From a virus, in IMG/VR virus record IMGVR_UViG_3300027804_000064, positions 6,550 to 70,549 of that record: a stretch of DNA of 64,000 nt; one strand, given 5' to 3'. Position 1 is the stretch's first letter; each line of letters opens with the position of its first letter. The position numbers were made by a program, and so were the translations under genes. The notes under the pieces were generated by a model, which saw only the letters and a list, made by a program, of their open reading frames with translations, searched no databases and was not told the origin of the DNA. This document shows positions 1 through 8,629 of the stretch, one piece after another.

Positions 1-19
1 CCGTGACTTTTTTAGCCAT
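1..19 (-). CDS. 5' end of a gene running off the window (MAKKVT...), possibly tape measure/baseplate hub
   Basis: ATG at 19 preceded by GAAGGGGTAGG. Identity inferred only from its position after the gp26/gp51 pair. Confidence 0.3.
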
Positions 20-48
20 GAGCCTACCCCTTCATCATGGTGTATGTG

Positions 49-237
49 TCACAGTTGTCGTTTTCCGATGACCTGTTCGCGCTCTTTTTTCAGATGAGCA
101 ATCAACATTTGTATGTATACCTCTCGCTCCCAAGGTATCAGCCCCTCAACTTCTTCTAGGGAATACCCGTGATGCTGCATGAGGTTAAAGTTTAGTTGAA
201 AATACGCCCCCAAGTCATTGTGACAGAGGGCTACTGA
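49..237 (-). CDS. 51: gp51-like baseplate hub assembly segment; probably expressed by -1 frameshift from the upstream gene (alternative internal ATG at 180)
   Basis: Manual translation: SVALCHNDLGAYFQLNFNLMQHHGYSLEEVEGLIPWEREVYIQMLIAHLKKEREQVIGKRQL*. The NFxLMQHHxYSLxExExLIPWER motif is typical of gp51-like ORFs of T4-like phages. Not in the ORF track. Confidence 0.8.
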   Translation of the reverse strand, partial: SVALCHNDLGAYFQLNFNLMQHHGYSLEEVEGLIPWEREVYIQMLIAHLKKEREQVIGKRQL

Positions 238-243
238 AAAAAA
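206..243 (-). other. candidate -1 ribosomal frameshift signal (T TTT TTT, 5-nt spacer, stem-loop)
   Basis: Minus strand reads GAT TTT TTT CAG TAG, with hairpin GCCCTC-T-GTCA-CAA-TGAC-TT-GGGGGC (231-206). Confidence 0.7.
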
Positions 244-947
244 TCAGATACGCTCTTCAACTCTGCCTTTGCAGGATTCTTGCAGTGCGGGCAGGTGTAC
301 TTGAATTCGTAGTGCAGTTCGGGTGCGGTCTGCAAGTAGTCCATGATCTTCGCAAACTGATCAGGCAGCATATTGTCCACGAATGTGGACAGTTCTTGTG
401 GATTGATGTCCTTGGTCTGGTGAACCTGCTCGTTCAGTACCACCGATTCAATGCACTTCTTTGCAAGGTCAAACGCGATCTCTACTTCGTTCTGATCGTG
501 GTTGATGTCGTGTATGGACGGATACCGCATAATAAGGGACAGGTTGTCGCTTATCACGATGGTGCCGTCCGCAACAGGCTTTTCCTTTGTCTTGATGGTG
601 ATCTCGTCTAGTTTGATCTTTATGCTGGTGTCTTTGCCGCACTTGGGGCAGACTACCTGTGGCTTTACTTCTTCGCCAACGGACTTGGAGCGTATTTGCA
701 GGAAGGCGTACTCTGCGTCTGCCACGCACATCTTGCGAGTATCCATGACACCGTTTGTGCAGGCGGAAATCACATTCCGCATGGCATCATTGATCTGATT
801 CACGCTTTTGGATTGCAGTGCCATGAGAAGGACTTTTTCTTCCTTCACCACGAACGGGCGGAATTTTGAAACAATTCCTGATACGGGAAGGGTCATGGTG
901 TACTGCGGCAGAGCCGCATTGGTCAGATTCAGTGTGTTCATGTTCAT
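231..947 (-). CDS. 26: baseplate hub assembly protein, gp26-like
   Basis: P.Y...LP.SG...FRPFVVKEEKVLL, IRSKSVGE, two CxxC motifs (CPKC, CPHC), ends in DFFQ. Confidence 0.85.
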   Translation of the reverse strand: MNMNTLNLTNAALPQYTMTLPVSGIVSKFRPFVVKEEKVLLMALQSKSVNQINDAMRNVISACTNGVMDTRKMCVADAEYAFLQIRSKSVGEEVKPQVVCPKCGKDTSIKIKLDEITIKTKEKPVADGTIVISDNLSLIMRYPSIHDINHDQNEVEIAFDLAKKCIESVVLNEQVHQTKDINPQELSTFVDNMLPDQFAKIMDYLQTAPELHYEFKYTCPHCKNPAKAELKSVSDFFQ

Positions 948-981
948 CCTTTAGTCAATGAAGTCAAAATGTATGTATTCA

Positions 982-1695
982 TCAAGGCTGTGTGTTTATC
1001 ACGGGATTGAATTTTTGAGGATCGTAGAATCCGTTTACCGTGCCATCGTATCCCATGCGGTTGATCTGCCCTCCGTTGGAAGTCAGAAACTGCTGCGGTG
1101 ACGGAGGACCGACAAGTTCGGCTGCTGCAACTGGTGCTGCTTGCTGCAAACCAATGTACTGCGGCGTGTACTTTCTGAACGCAAGAGTGATGTCTTGTTT
1201 GAGAAAATCGTTGTCCTTGTCGTATCCTACTTGCAGATCACCGATAGCCTTTGGATACACCTCTTCCACATAGAAACTGTGAGCAGGATCGTCTGCTCTG
1301 GTGGTAACGGTGATTTGCAGGTTTGTGGTGTAGTCATCGTAATATCCAAACTTGTAGTTTGACGGACTGCACACCAGATTCATCCAGTCTTCAAAGAACT
1401 TGCGCTCACGCAGGTCGGCAGACAGAATCACGGATAGAGTCATCTCTCCTGCGTAGATGGGTTCATACGGCATATTCCGCGCAGGACCGTAGAATCTGTA
1501 CGGAGTGGTTGACAGCGATCTGCCAGGAATCAGGATGGAGTCGCATCGCACCATCAGGTTCCGCATGAACGGAATGTTCGTGACTCCAAAGCCAGCGGGA
1601 GCCTCAAACAGCACCTCGTAGCGATTGCTGAACGCGAGTCCTGACTGCGTGATGGAACTGATGAGTTCGTTGATGTTTGATGGAACGAATGCCAT
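982..1695 (-). CDS. 54: baseplate tail tube initiator (gp54/gp19 family)
   Basis: GLA.SNRYEV, C....IPGR, FFEDW, YYDDY, EVYPK motifs of the tube-protein family; position next to gp2. Confidence 0.75.
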   Translation of the reverse strand: MAFVPSNINELISSITQSGLAFSNRYEVLFEAPAGFGVTNIPFMRNLMVRCDSILIPGRSLSTTPYRFYGPARNMPYEPIYAGEMTLSVILSADLRERKFFEDWMNLVCSPSNYKFGYYDDYTTNLQITVTTRADDPAHSFYVEEVYPKAIGDLQVGYDKDNDFLKQDITLAFRKYTPQYIGLQQAAPVAAAELVGPPSPQQFLTSNGGQINRMGYDGTVNGFYDPQKFNPVINTQP

Positions 1696-2286
1696 TTATC
1701 TGCCTCCCCCGAGTGCCTGTGCCTTTGTGTCTCTGTAAACCGTGACGGGTCGCGCTCCCGAAAAGCGTGAAGTGTTTGCGGTCACCATCTGTTCCCACAA
1801 CTGAAAAGGAACAATCGCGGGTCGCCGCTTCATGCCTTTCCACAGATACCGTCTATAGCACGGTTTGAAGAATTTGAATTGTCTCCGAGCATTGAGTCTG
1901 TCGTAGTCCACTTGTAGGCGGGTTCTCCACTCATCGTTTGCCTTTACCGTAGGAAGTCCCCTCATAATCGCGTCAAACAAGAATTCCCTCAAGTCGGGCT
2001 GGATGAAATGCAGGTTCACCCCTTCAAAACCGCCTCGGTACACATCAGTAATCAAGACAAGAGGAAACTTGTCGTAATATGTATTCCGTGAAATAAAAGA
2101 TTCGCTCACGGGTTCGTATTTGAAAAAGACCATCTGCCCGTCCATCAGGCGGCTTGGTATGGACAACTGCCCTGCCCGTTGCAGCATCTTCACGAACTGA
2201 ACATAGGTCTGTTCTGTTGCGCCAAGAACCGTGGTGGTTTCTTCTATGAGAGAGGACAGGTCTTGTACCATTTCGTCTTCGTTCAT
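1696..2286 (-). CDS. 2: DNA end protector protein
   Basis: G.M.FF.Y.P, YYDKFPLV, GVNLHF, FKPCYRRYL motifs. Start placed at the ATG (2286) overlapping the gp4 stop. Confidence 0.85.
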   Translation of the reverse strand: MNEDEMVQDLSSLIEETTTVLGATEQTYVQFVKMLQRAGQLSIPSRLMDGQMVFFKYEPVSESFISRNTYYDKFPLVLITDVYRGGFEGVNLHFIQPDLREFLFDAIMRGLPTVKANDEWRTRLQVDYDRLNARRQFKFFKPCYRRYLWKGMKRRPAIVPFQLWEQMVTANTSRFSGARPVTVYRDTKAQALGGGR

Positions 2287-2723
2287 GTGGACTTCCTGAA
2301 CAGATCGTCTTCTGTCAATATTTTGAATTCCCATCCCTTGGCATCAGATACGCGCTTCGCGGCTTCCCATTTAGCCTTGTTGGTGATCCAAGTCTGGACT
2401 TCGGTGATATAGCCCCTAGTGATGCGCTTTCGCTTCTCTGGTTCTCTGCACTGCTTCTTCGGCTTGATCTCCACCAGCCAGGTCTTGATCCCTTCTGGTG
2501 TTCGTATCTCCACCAAGAAATCAACAAAGTAACGGTGTGGCTTGCGGTCTATGGGACTCATGTAGGGAATCACTACCTCTTCCGATGCCCAACGCAGAAC
2601 ATTCGCACTGCTGTCGCAGTACTTCATAAACTTGCGTTCCCACATACTACGGTAGACGATCTTCGTGGGATCGCCAATGTATTTGGAGGGGTTGTCTGGT
2701 TGGAATTTACCTTTGTATGCCAT
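2283..2723 (-). CDS. 4: head completion nuclease (TnsA-like PD-(D/E)xK)
   Basis: MAYKGKF.P.NP.KY.GDP..I.YRS.WE, HRYFVDF, EIKP, KWEAA motifs. Confidence 0.95.
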   Translation of the reverse strand: MAYKGKFQPDNPSKYIGDPTKIVYRSMWERKFMKYCDSSANVLRWASEEVVIPYMSPIDRKPHRYFVDFLVEIRTPEGIKTWLVEIKPKKQCREPEKRKRITRGYITEVQTWITNKAKWEAAKRVSDAKGWEFKILTEDDLFRKST

Positions 2724-2737
2724 ACATAAATATGTAG
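2723..2737. promoter_or_regulatory. overlapping divergent late promoters (CATAAATA on +, CTACATA on -)
   Basis: TACATA-AA-TATGTA inverted repeat in the short gap between divergent gp4 and gp48; resembles the T4 late consensus TATAAATA. Confidence 0.7.
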
Positions 2738-2760
2738 CCGATTTTCAAAAGGAACTGCCC

Positions 2761-4266
2761 ATGTCAGCAATACCGCAATCGCTAATTGACCCTGCTTTCA
2801 CTTCCAGTGGGAAGCCGTTCATTTCCACGAACAGGTACGGCACGGGTCGGTACAGTCAGCAGGTATTTAATGAGCAGATGGGGGACGCTGTAACGCAGCA
2901 ACTAGAGGGAACGCCCAAACTCACCCGAGGCGACCGCCGCCGTCCGTCCGTATTGAAATATCCATTGGATCTCGGTTCTGCACAGGTTCCCCATGTCATG
3001 CAGTTCAAGGTGTTTTGGCGATGGGAAGCCAAGGACTTGCGCGAGGGCATGGAATCGGCAAAGGCAGAGTCTCAAAAAAACATTCAAAACTTGCAGACGC
3101 TGGCGAGTCTCATAGACAACGGCGAACTATCACCCGAAATGCTGTATCGCTCGCCCTTGAGCAACGAAAGCATTGCTGCTCTTGAAGGCATGGTGGTGGA
3201 TCCAAACACACTAAAGATCGTGGATCCCAACAGCCGCGACAGCATTGCCACCTTGTTGCAAACGAATCCTGGAAAAGCCAAGCAAATACTTGAGCAAACC
3301 ATCATGTCTGAACAGACACGGCTTTCAAGCATTGAGTCTGAACTTGACGGTGGTGCTGGTAAAGTCGGTCTTGACGAACAAGAGCGTCTTCTTGTGCAAA
3401 ACAGGCTTTCTGAAAATGTTCAGAGAACAGGCGTTGGTGAGTCTGCGATAAAAGGAGCCGCTGCTGGTGGGGTGTTTGGTGGTCTGGTTGGAATGTTGTT
3501 TGGAGGAAAGGGAGCAGCAATTGGAGCGGCAGCAGGAGCAGCAGGCGGTGCCGCTGTAGCAGCAGGAGGAGTGGCAGTCGCAAAAGCATTTTCCACAGAA
3601 GCCGTTTACGATCAAATGGTTTCCGTGTATCTGCCTTTCTGCACGAAGGTGAACAACGAAGACTCGTTCGTGTACGAGGATAGCAACCAAGCACTTGCGG
3701 GTGCGGTGTTTGACGCTACGGGCGGCGATGTACTGCCCGCAGCAGGACAGGCTCTTGAAGCAGGAGCGCAGATCCTTGGCAACAAGTTTGCGCCAGGTGC
3801 AATTCAGTCTGCGCGTGGCACAGTGATAAATCCTCGTCTTGAAAAACTGTTTCGGCAAAAGGACTTCAGAAACTTCTCGTTCTCTTGGGAGTTCTATCCG
3901 CGAAACCGCGATGAAGTGCAGGCTGTCCGCGACATCATTGAAACATTCCGTTACCACGCGCATCCTGCTATGGACAACAAGCAGGGAACGGAAGAAGAGA
4001 ACATGGTGCAGATCATATTGAGAACTCCTGCGGAGTTTGAGGTTCGTTTCCTGTCGTCTAATCCTGACATCAATTCCGCTGGTTTTGTAGAGAACGAGTA
4101 TCTTCCCAAGATCGGTCGCTGCGCGTTGTCCACCATATCGGTTGACTACACTCCCAACTCACTGTTCAGCACATTCGCTGACAACTCACCCACCGCGATC
4201 ACGCTCACGCTGAACTTCAGCGAATTGGGTCTGCTCACACGCGAAACGGTAGACAAGGGCTTCTGA
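2761..4266 (+). CDS. 48: baseplate tail tube cap with large helical/glycine-zipper insertion
   Basis: LKYPLDL, NPRLE.LF...DFR.FSFSW.FYPRN..E, C.L..ISVDYTPN, LTL.FSE. Start at ATG 2761 after AAGGA. Confidence 0.85.
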   Translation: MSAIPQSLIDPAFTSSGKPFISTNRYGTGRYSQQVFNEQMGDAVTQQLEGTPKLTRGDRRRPSVLKYPLDLGSAQVPHVMQFKVFWRWEAKDLREGMESAKAESQKNIQNLQTLASLIDNGELSPEMLYRSPLSNESIAALEGMVVDPNTLKIVDPNSRDSIATLLQTNPGKAKQILEQTIMSEQTRLSSIESELDGGAGKVGLDEQERLLVQNRLSENVQRTGVGESAIKGAAAGGVFGGLVGMLFGGKGAAIGAAAGAAGGAAVAAGGVAVAKAFSTEAVYDQMVSVYLPFCTKVNNEDSFVYEDSNQALAGAVFDATGGDVLPAAGQALEAGAQILGNKFAPGAIQSARGTVINPRLEKLFRQKDFRNFSFSWEFYPRNRDEVQAVRDIIETFRYHAHPAMDNKQGTEEENMVQIILRTPAEFEVRFLSSNPDINSAGFVENEYLPKIGRCALSTISVDYTPNSLFSTFADNSPTAITLTLNFSELGLLTRETVDKGF

Positions 4267-5174
4267 TGGCTTACTTCTCAAAGTTTCCCATACTTCAGTA
4301 TCCTGTGCGGGACGGCAACGAATTTCGTTTTGCCTTTGTCGCAAACTTGCTGCGTAGGGTGGGATTGAGCGAGGACATGAAGGGCGCAGACGGCGCGTTC
4401 ATAGAGTACAACATCAAGGACGGTGAACGCCCCGAACACATTGCAGAGCGGATATACGGCGATCCGTCATTCCATTGGTTGGTAATGCTCACGAACGACA
4501 TTGTTGATCCGTATCACGGATGGTACAAGTCAGGAAACGCACTTGAGAAATATGTGCAGAGCAAGCACGGCGGCAAGTCCGTGTTCATCGGCACCACTGC
4601 TGACGGGTATTTCTACAGCAAGTATGTGGGCACTGGCTCTTCTCTGTCGCAGGGATCGCTGTCCGCTGCCGTTGTTGACTACACTCCCGAACTGTGCAAA
4701 CTCACGGTGCGCGGTGGAGAATTCTCTGAAGGCAACGCCACGCTCACGGTGAGCGGTTCCACGGCTTACACTGTGCAGATATTCCGCGTTGAGCCGTCTT
4801 TTACCGCAGTGAATCACTTTGAGTTTCAGCACAGCAGCGGCATCTGCGGAGCAAACGATGAGTTCACCGTTGACCCGTTGAGCCAGCAGAACTCAAGTTT
4901 CTCCTTGGTTGGCGGCGTGGTAGGAGCAACCGCGGACGAGTATCCCAATACGAGCCAAGGACTCACCTATCAGTCGGTTTCAGGAACCGTTGATTTTTGG
5001 GAAACCTACATCGGCAGGTACATTGGCGTGTCAGGCGACAAGGTGAATACCTATGCTGTAAGCAATCTGCTCCACGAAACCCGCGTGAATGACGACAAGA
5101 GAACCATAAAGATTCTGCATCCTCGTTTCAAGCGTGAAGCGTTGACTCAACTAGAAGCACTGTTGAGAGTCTAA
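4266..5174 (+). CDS. 53: baseplate wedge subunit with internal insertion
   Basis: YFSKFP, Y.IKDGERPE.IA.RIYGD...HWLV...N.IVDP, N..KR.IKIL motifs. Confidence 0.9.
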   Translation: MAYFSKFPILQYPVRDGNEFRFAFVANLLRRVGLSEDMKGADGAFIEYNIKDGERPEHIAERIYGDPSFHWLVMLTNDIVDPYHGWYKSGNALEKYVQSKHGGKSVFIGTTADGYFYSKYVGTGSSLSQGSLSAAVVDYTPELCKLTVRGGEFSEGNATLTVSGSTAYTVQIFRVEPSFTAVNHFEFQHSSGICGANDEFTVDPLSQQNSSFSLVGGVVGATADEYPNTSQGLTYQSVSGTVDFWETYIGRYIGVSGDKVNTYAVSNLLHETRVNDDKRTIKILHPRFKREALTQLEALLRV

Positions 5175-5175
5175 T

Positions 5176-6498
5176 ATGTCCCAACACGGAAACGACATCC
5201 TATCAGCAGGCAATTATGTCCTGAACACACTGTCAATGCACTCGCTTGTCAGCGGAAAGCGATTGGACTTGACAAACTTGTTCAAGCGAATTGAGATATA
5301 CGAGGATATGTTCTCTCCGTACATCACGGCAAAGGTGTACATTCAGGACGGATTCAATTTCCCCGAGCGGTTCCCCATCACGGGACAGGAGAAGATTGAG
5401 ATATCGTTCAAGACCGATGTGAATGCCTTGCCGTTGGTTGAACTGGTGTTTCGCCTGTACAAGTTTGACGGGCAGCAGATTTCTGAAAACGGAAAGTCGC
5501 AGGATTATGTGCTGCACCTGATGAGCGAAGGCGGCTACCTGAACTTCTCGCAGTACTGTGGATACGCCGTGAACGGATCGGTTTCGGGAATGGTGGGAAC
5601 GCTGTTCAAGAAGCACTTTGATGACAGTGTGTGGAAAGACCGCTTGGAAGTGGAGTCCACGCGGGACAATTATTCGCTTGTGGTGCCAGGTGTGTACACA
5701 CCATTCAAGGCAATCAGTTGGCTGACTTCTCGCGCCATCTCGCAGACTGGAAAAGAGTACAGCCCGTTCATCTTCTATGAAACGCTTGACGGACACCGAT
5801 TCAAGAGCCTGTCAAAGATCATTGAAGACGGATCAAAAAATGTCACGAACTATCTGTATACCATAGGCAACATCGGCATTGCAGAGGGCAGCAAGCAAGA
5901 CTTGGGCTTCAAGAGCATTCTGCCCAACCGCTACCACAAGATTCAGAAACTGGAAGAACTTGGGCGGTTTGACGCTGTTGAGAACATTATGAACGGCTTG
6001 GTTGCTTCCCGTATGCAAGTGCATGACTTGCTACGCAAGGAAGATCGTCATATAGAGTTTCACGAAAGCGATGTGTTTGAAAGCATGAAGAAGTTGGGAG
6101 ATCAACAGAGACTCAAGCAAGGCGATTCTTTGCTCCACAAGTCCCTGAAGACGGGCGGTGCATACTTCTATATGCCAACCACTCCGTACACAGTGTTCTC
6201 CAAGGGCAATCCCATAGAGGACAATTTCCAAACGGAAGCCCTGTTCCTCAAAAAGAAGTACCACACGAACGCTTTCCTGACGCAGAAGATCGTGATGCAG
6301 ATTTTCGGAGACAGCCGCAGGCGGGTGGGTGATGTGGTGAATATCAGTGTTCCAAAGCCACAGTCTGATGTCACGGTGGTGCAGGATCAGAACGACAAGA
6401 ACTTGAGTGGAGAGTTCTTGGTTACCAGCATACGGCACACGCTTGGCACGGCGTACAGTTGCAAAATGGAATTGTCCAGAAACGGCATGGGAGTGTAA
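5176..6498 (+). CDS. baseplate hub protein (gp27-like)
   Basis: IEIYEDMFSP, PITGQE, F.FYET, GD..R.VGDVV, SG.FLVT.IRH motifs; lies between gp53 and gp5. Confidence 0.7.
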   Translation: MSQHGNDILSAGNYVLNTLSMHSLVSGKRLDLTNLFKRIEIYEDMFSPYITAKVYIQDGFNFPERFPITGQEKIEISFKTDVNALPLVELVFRLYKFDGQQISENGKSQDYVLHLMSEGGYLNFSQYCGYAVNGSVSGMVGTLFKKHFDDSVWKDRLEVESTRDNYSLVVPGVYTPFKAISWLTSRAISQTGKEYSPFIFYETLDGHRFKSLSKIIEDGSKNVTNYLYTIGNIGIAEGSKQDLGFKSILPNRYHKIQKLEELGRFDAVENIMNGLVASRMQVHDLLRKEDRHIEFHESDVFESMKKLGDQQRLKQGDSLLHKSLKTGGAYFYMPTTPYTVFSKGNPIEDNFQTEALFLKKKYHTNAFLTQKIVMQIFGDSRRRVGDVVNISVPKPQSDVTVVQDQNDKNLSGEFLVTSIRHTLGTAYSCKMELSRNGMGV

Positions 6499-7601
6499 TG
6501 AAAGCATTTCTAGGAAAAGACGGATTTGTGTGGTGGCACGGTGTCGTGGAGGACATTGGTGATCCGCTGTACCTTGGACGGTGCCGTGTTCGTGTGTACG
6601 GATTCCATGTTCACGACAAGAAAGAACTGCCTACCGAGTGCTTGCCGTGGGCGTATCCCATGCAGCCTATCACCAGTGCGGCTCTGTCGGGAATAGGGCA
6701 GTCACCGACAGGTTTGCTTGTTGGTTCCCATGTCTTTGGATTTTTCCGTGACGGGGACGAGGCGCAGGATCCTGTCATCATTGGATCGTTTGGTGGCGTT
6801 CCGCTGAAGGCAGCAGACACGAACGCGGGTTTCGCTGATCCAAGCGGTCAGTATCCTGCAAAGCAGAGCGATGTGGACGACAAGAAATTCCCACTGGGAG
6901 TTTCGGTGGTTGGCGAGCAGGACACCAACAGGCTTGCCCGCAACAACGACAAAGATCAGATGAAATCCACGGTTGCTGCATACAAGGTGTCAACGGTGCA
7001 GACAGAAATACAAAGCACCCCATCCATAAAGAGTGCTTCCACTTGGAGCGAGCCTGTCACACCATACGCAGCAGAGTATCCGAAGAACCATGTTCGGTAC
7101 ACCGAAAGCGGTCATGTGGAAGAGTGGGACGACACGCCAGGCGCAGAACGCATTCACCAATTCCACAAGTCAGGCACTTTCACGGAAATCGGAAACGGGT
7201 GGGAAGGCAATCCTGACGGAACCCGCGTGCAGCGCATTGTTGGCGATGACTACGAGATCGTACACGGCAACAAGAAGATTCATATATCTGGTTCCGAAGG
7301 CTTAAATCTGGTGGTGGACGGAGCAGTGAATCTGACCATCAACGGTGGCGGCAACATACAGATAAACGGCAACACCAACATACTTGCATCGGACAATGTG
7401 AATTTGCAGATTGAGGGAACCCTAAAGGCATCAGGCAAGCAGATGGAGTTCTACGCGGACGGTGACATCGGCTTCTCTGGCAGATCAATATCGTTCATCA
7501 CGGACAGCAATGTAATGGTGTTGCAGCAAGGCAAGCGTATTGAAGTCAATTCTGGAAAACCTGCGATCACTCCGCAGCGGGTGGATGTAAAGGGGGGCTG
7601 A
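6498..7601 (+). CDS. 5: baseplate central spike (OB-fold plus beta-helix, no lysozyme domain)
   Basis: F.WW.GVVED..DP..LGR.RVR..G.H, LPWA, V.GFF.DG..AQ.P, YP.NHV..TESGH..E.DDTPGAERI, then V.G repeats. Confidence 0.92.
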   Translation: MKAFLGKDGFVWWHGVVEDIGDPLYLGRCRVRVYGFHVHDKKELPTECLPWAYPMQPITSAALSGIGQSPTGLLVGSHVFGFFRDGDEAQDPVIIGSFGGVPLKAADTNAGFADPSGQYPAKQSDVDDKKFPLGVSVVGEQDTNRLARNNDKDQMKSTVAAYKVSTVQTEIQSTPSIKSASTWSEPVTPYAAEYPKNHVRYTESGHVEEWDDTPGAERIHQFHKSGTFTEIGNGWEGNPDGTRVQRIVGDDYEIVHGNKKIHISGSEGLNLVVDGAVNLTINGGGNIQINGNTNILASDNVNLQIEGTLKASGKQMEFYADGDIGFSGRSISFITDSNVMVLQQGKRIEVNSGKPAITPQRVDVKGG

Positions 7602-7603
7602 AG

Positions 7604-7963
7604 TTGAATTACAGGGGCAAACATCGCAAGTACTCATCGGGGTCTTCCGAATATGCTGTGTATTCGTATGGCGATGTTGTCGAAAGAAATGGGGTTTCTT
7701 ATGTTTGTAGTGTTGAAAACACATCGGGGTATATTCCAGAAGACACGAATTCAGGATTTATTTTGCTTGGTGGCGGAACAGGTGGCGGCGGAAATGTGAA
7801 CTTCTCGTTTTCGTCCACTCCTCCTGCATCGCCTGGTGCGGGTGACCAGTGGTTTGACAGTGACAACGGCGTACTGTATGTGTATGTGGTGGACGCGGAC
7901 TCGGGGCAGTGGATACAGCCCACATCGGGTGCAAATGCCATTGATGGCGGAACATACACATGA
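7604..7963 (+). CDS. small virion/fibre-associated protein
   Basis: Y.YGDVV..NG.SYVC motif, P.SP..GD.WFDSD.G.LYVY..D.DS.QW motif, ends IDGGTY; TTG start. Confidence 0.6.
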   Translation: MNYRGKHRKYSSGSSEYAVYSYGDVVERNGVSYVCSVENTSGYIPEDTNSGFILLGGGTGGGGNVNFSFSSTPPASPGAGDQWFDSDNGVLYVYVVDADSGQWIQPTSGANAIDGGTYT

Positions 7964-8604
7964 GCATCAATTTTCCGTCATCACCGTCACCTGGTCAGCA
8001 GTACTCCTTTCAGGGGCAGGCTTGGGAGTGGACAGGCGTTGCGTGGAAAGCAGCCACTGTATTAGCCACGAGCGGTGTCACTGGACCGACTGGACCGCAG
8101 GGAGCCACGGGATCACAAGGCAACACAGGAGCCACAGGACCGACAGGAGCAGCGTCTACTGTTCCTGGTCCTACGGGACCGACTGGACCTGCTGGACCCG
8201 CAGGACCGCAAGGAGCCACGGGTGCGGCTTCCACGGTTCCTGGACCAACAGGCGCAACAGGAGCCACTGGACCAGCGGGTACGCAGGGCAACACGGGTGC
8301 AACAGGAGCGACAGGATCGCAGGGTAATACGGGTGCAACAGGAGCGACAGGATCGCAGGGTAATACGGGTGCTACTGGACCGCAGGGTAATACAGGCGCA
8401 ACAGGAGCCACTGGACCGCAGGGCAACACGGGAGCCACTGGACCTGTGGGCGATTATGTGATTTCGGTGAGTGGCATGACGGGAGACATATCCCTCATAG
8501 CGGGATCAAATGTCAGTTTAGGTACGGGTGGAAATGCAGTGACCATAGGAGTCACGGGAGCAGTATCGCAAGCGTTCGTGGTAGCCATGAGTATTGCTCT
8601 ATAA
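7960..8604 (+). CDS. collagen-like fibre protein
   Basis: Long (G-X-Y)n tract dominated by GAT/GPT/GNT/GPQ; N-terminal INFPSSP..GQ.Y....W.WTG.AW motif. Confidence 0.9.
   Translation: MSINFPSSPSPGQQYSFQGQAWEWTGVAWKAATVLATSGVTGPTGPQGATGSQGNTGATGPTGAASTVPGPTGPTGPAGPAGPQGATGAASTVPGPTGATGATGPAGTQGNTGATGATGSQGNTGATGATGSQGNTGATGPQGNTGATGATGPQGNTGATGPVGDYVISVSGMTGDISLIAGSNVSLGTGGNAVTIGVTGAVSQAFVVAMSIAL
8293..8372 (+). repeat. 36-bp tandem repeat, two perfect copies plus a partial third, in the collagen tract
   Basis: ACGGGTGCAACAGGAGCGACAGGATCGCAGGGTAAT at 8293-8328 and 8329-8364. Confidence 0.9.
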
Positions 8605-8607
8605 ATA
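8600..8607 (+). promoter_or_regulatory. T4-type late promoter TATAAATA
   Basis: Exact T4 late consensus 22 nt upstream of the ATG at 8630. Confidence 0.75.
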
Positions 8608-8629
8608 GAGAGAACCACAGGATCACCCC

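Noticed and set aside
2283-2723. TnsA-like nuclease as a sign of a transposon
   Set aside because: It matches the standard gp4 head-completion protein in its usual context.
2665-2760. Upstream extension of gp48 in the ORF track (similar extensions for gp2, gp5, gp17, gp21, gp46, rnh)
   Set aside because: The extensions overlap neighbouring genes; downstream ATGs match conserved N-termini, RBS or stop-start coupling.
8080-8450. Possible CRISPR-like array in the repeated DNA
   Set aside because: The repeats are tandem, in-frame coding units with no unique spacers, and no cas genes are present.
8010-8461. Repetitive alternative-frame ORFs (PVAPVLPC and [10 protein letters not shown] repeats)
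   Set aside because: They are other-frame readings of the collagen repeat.
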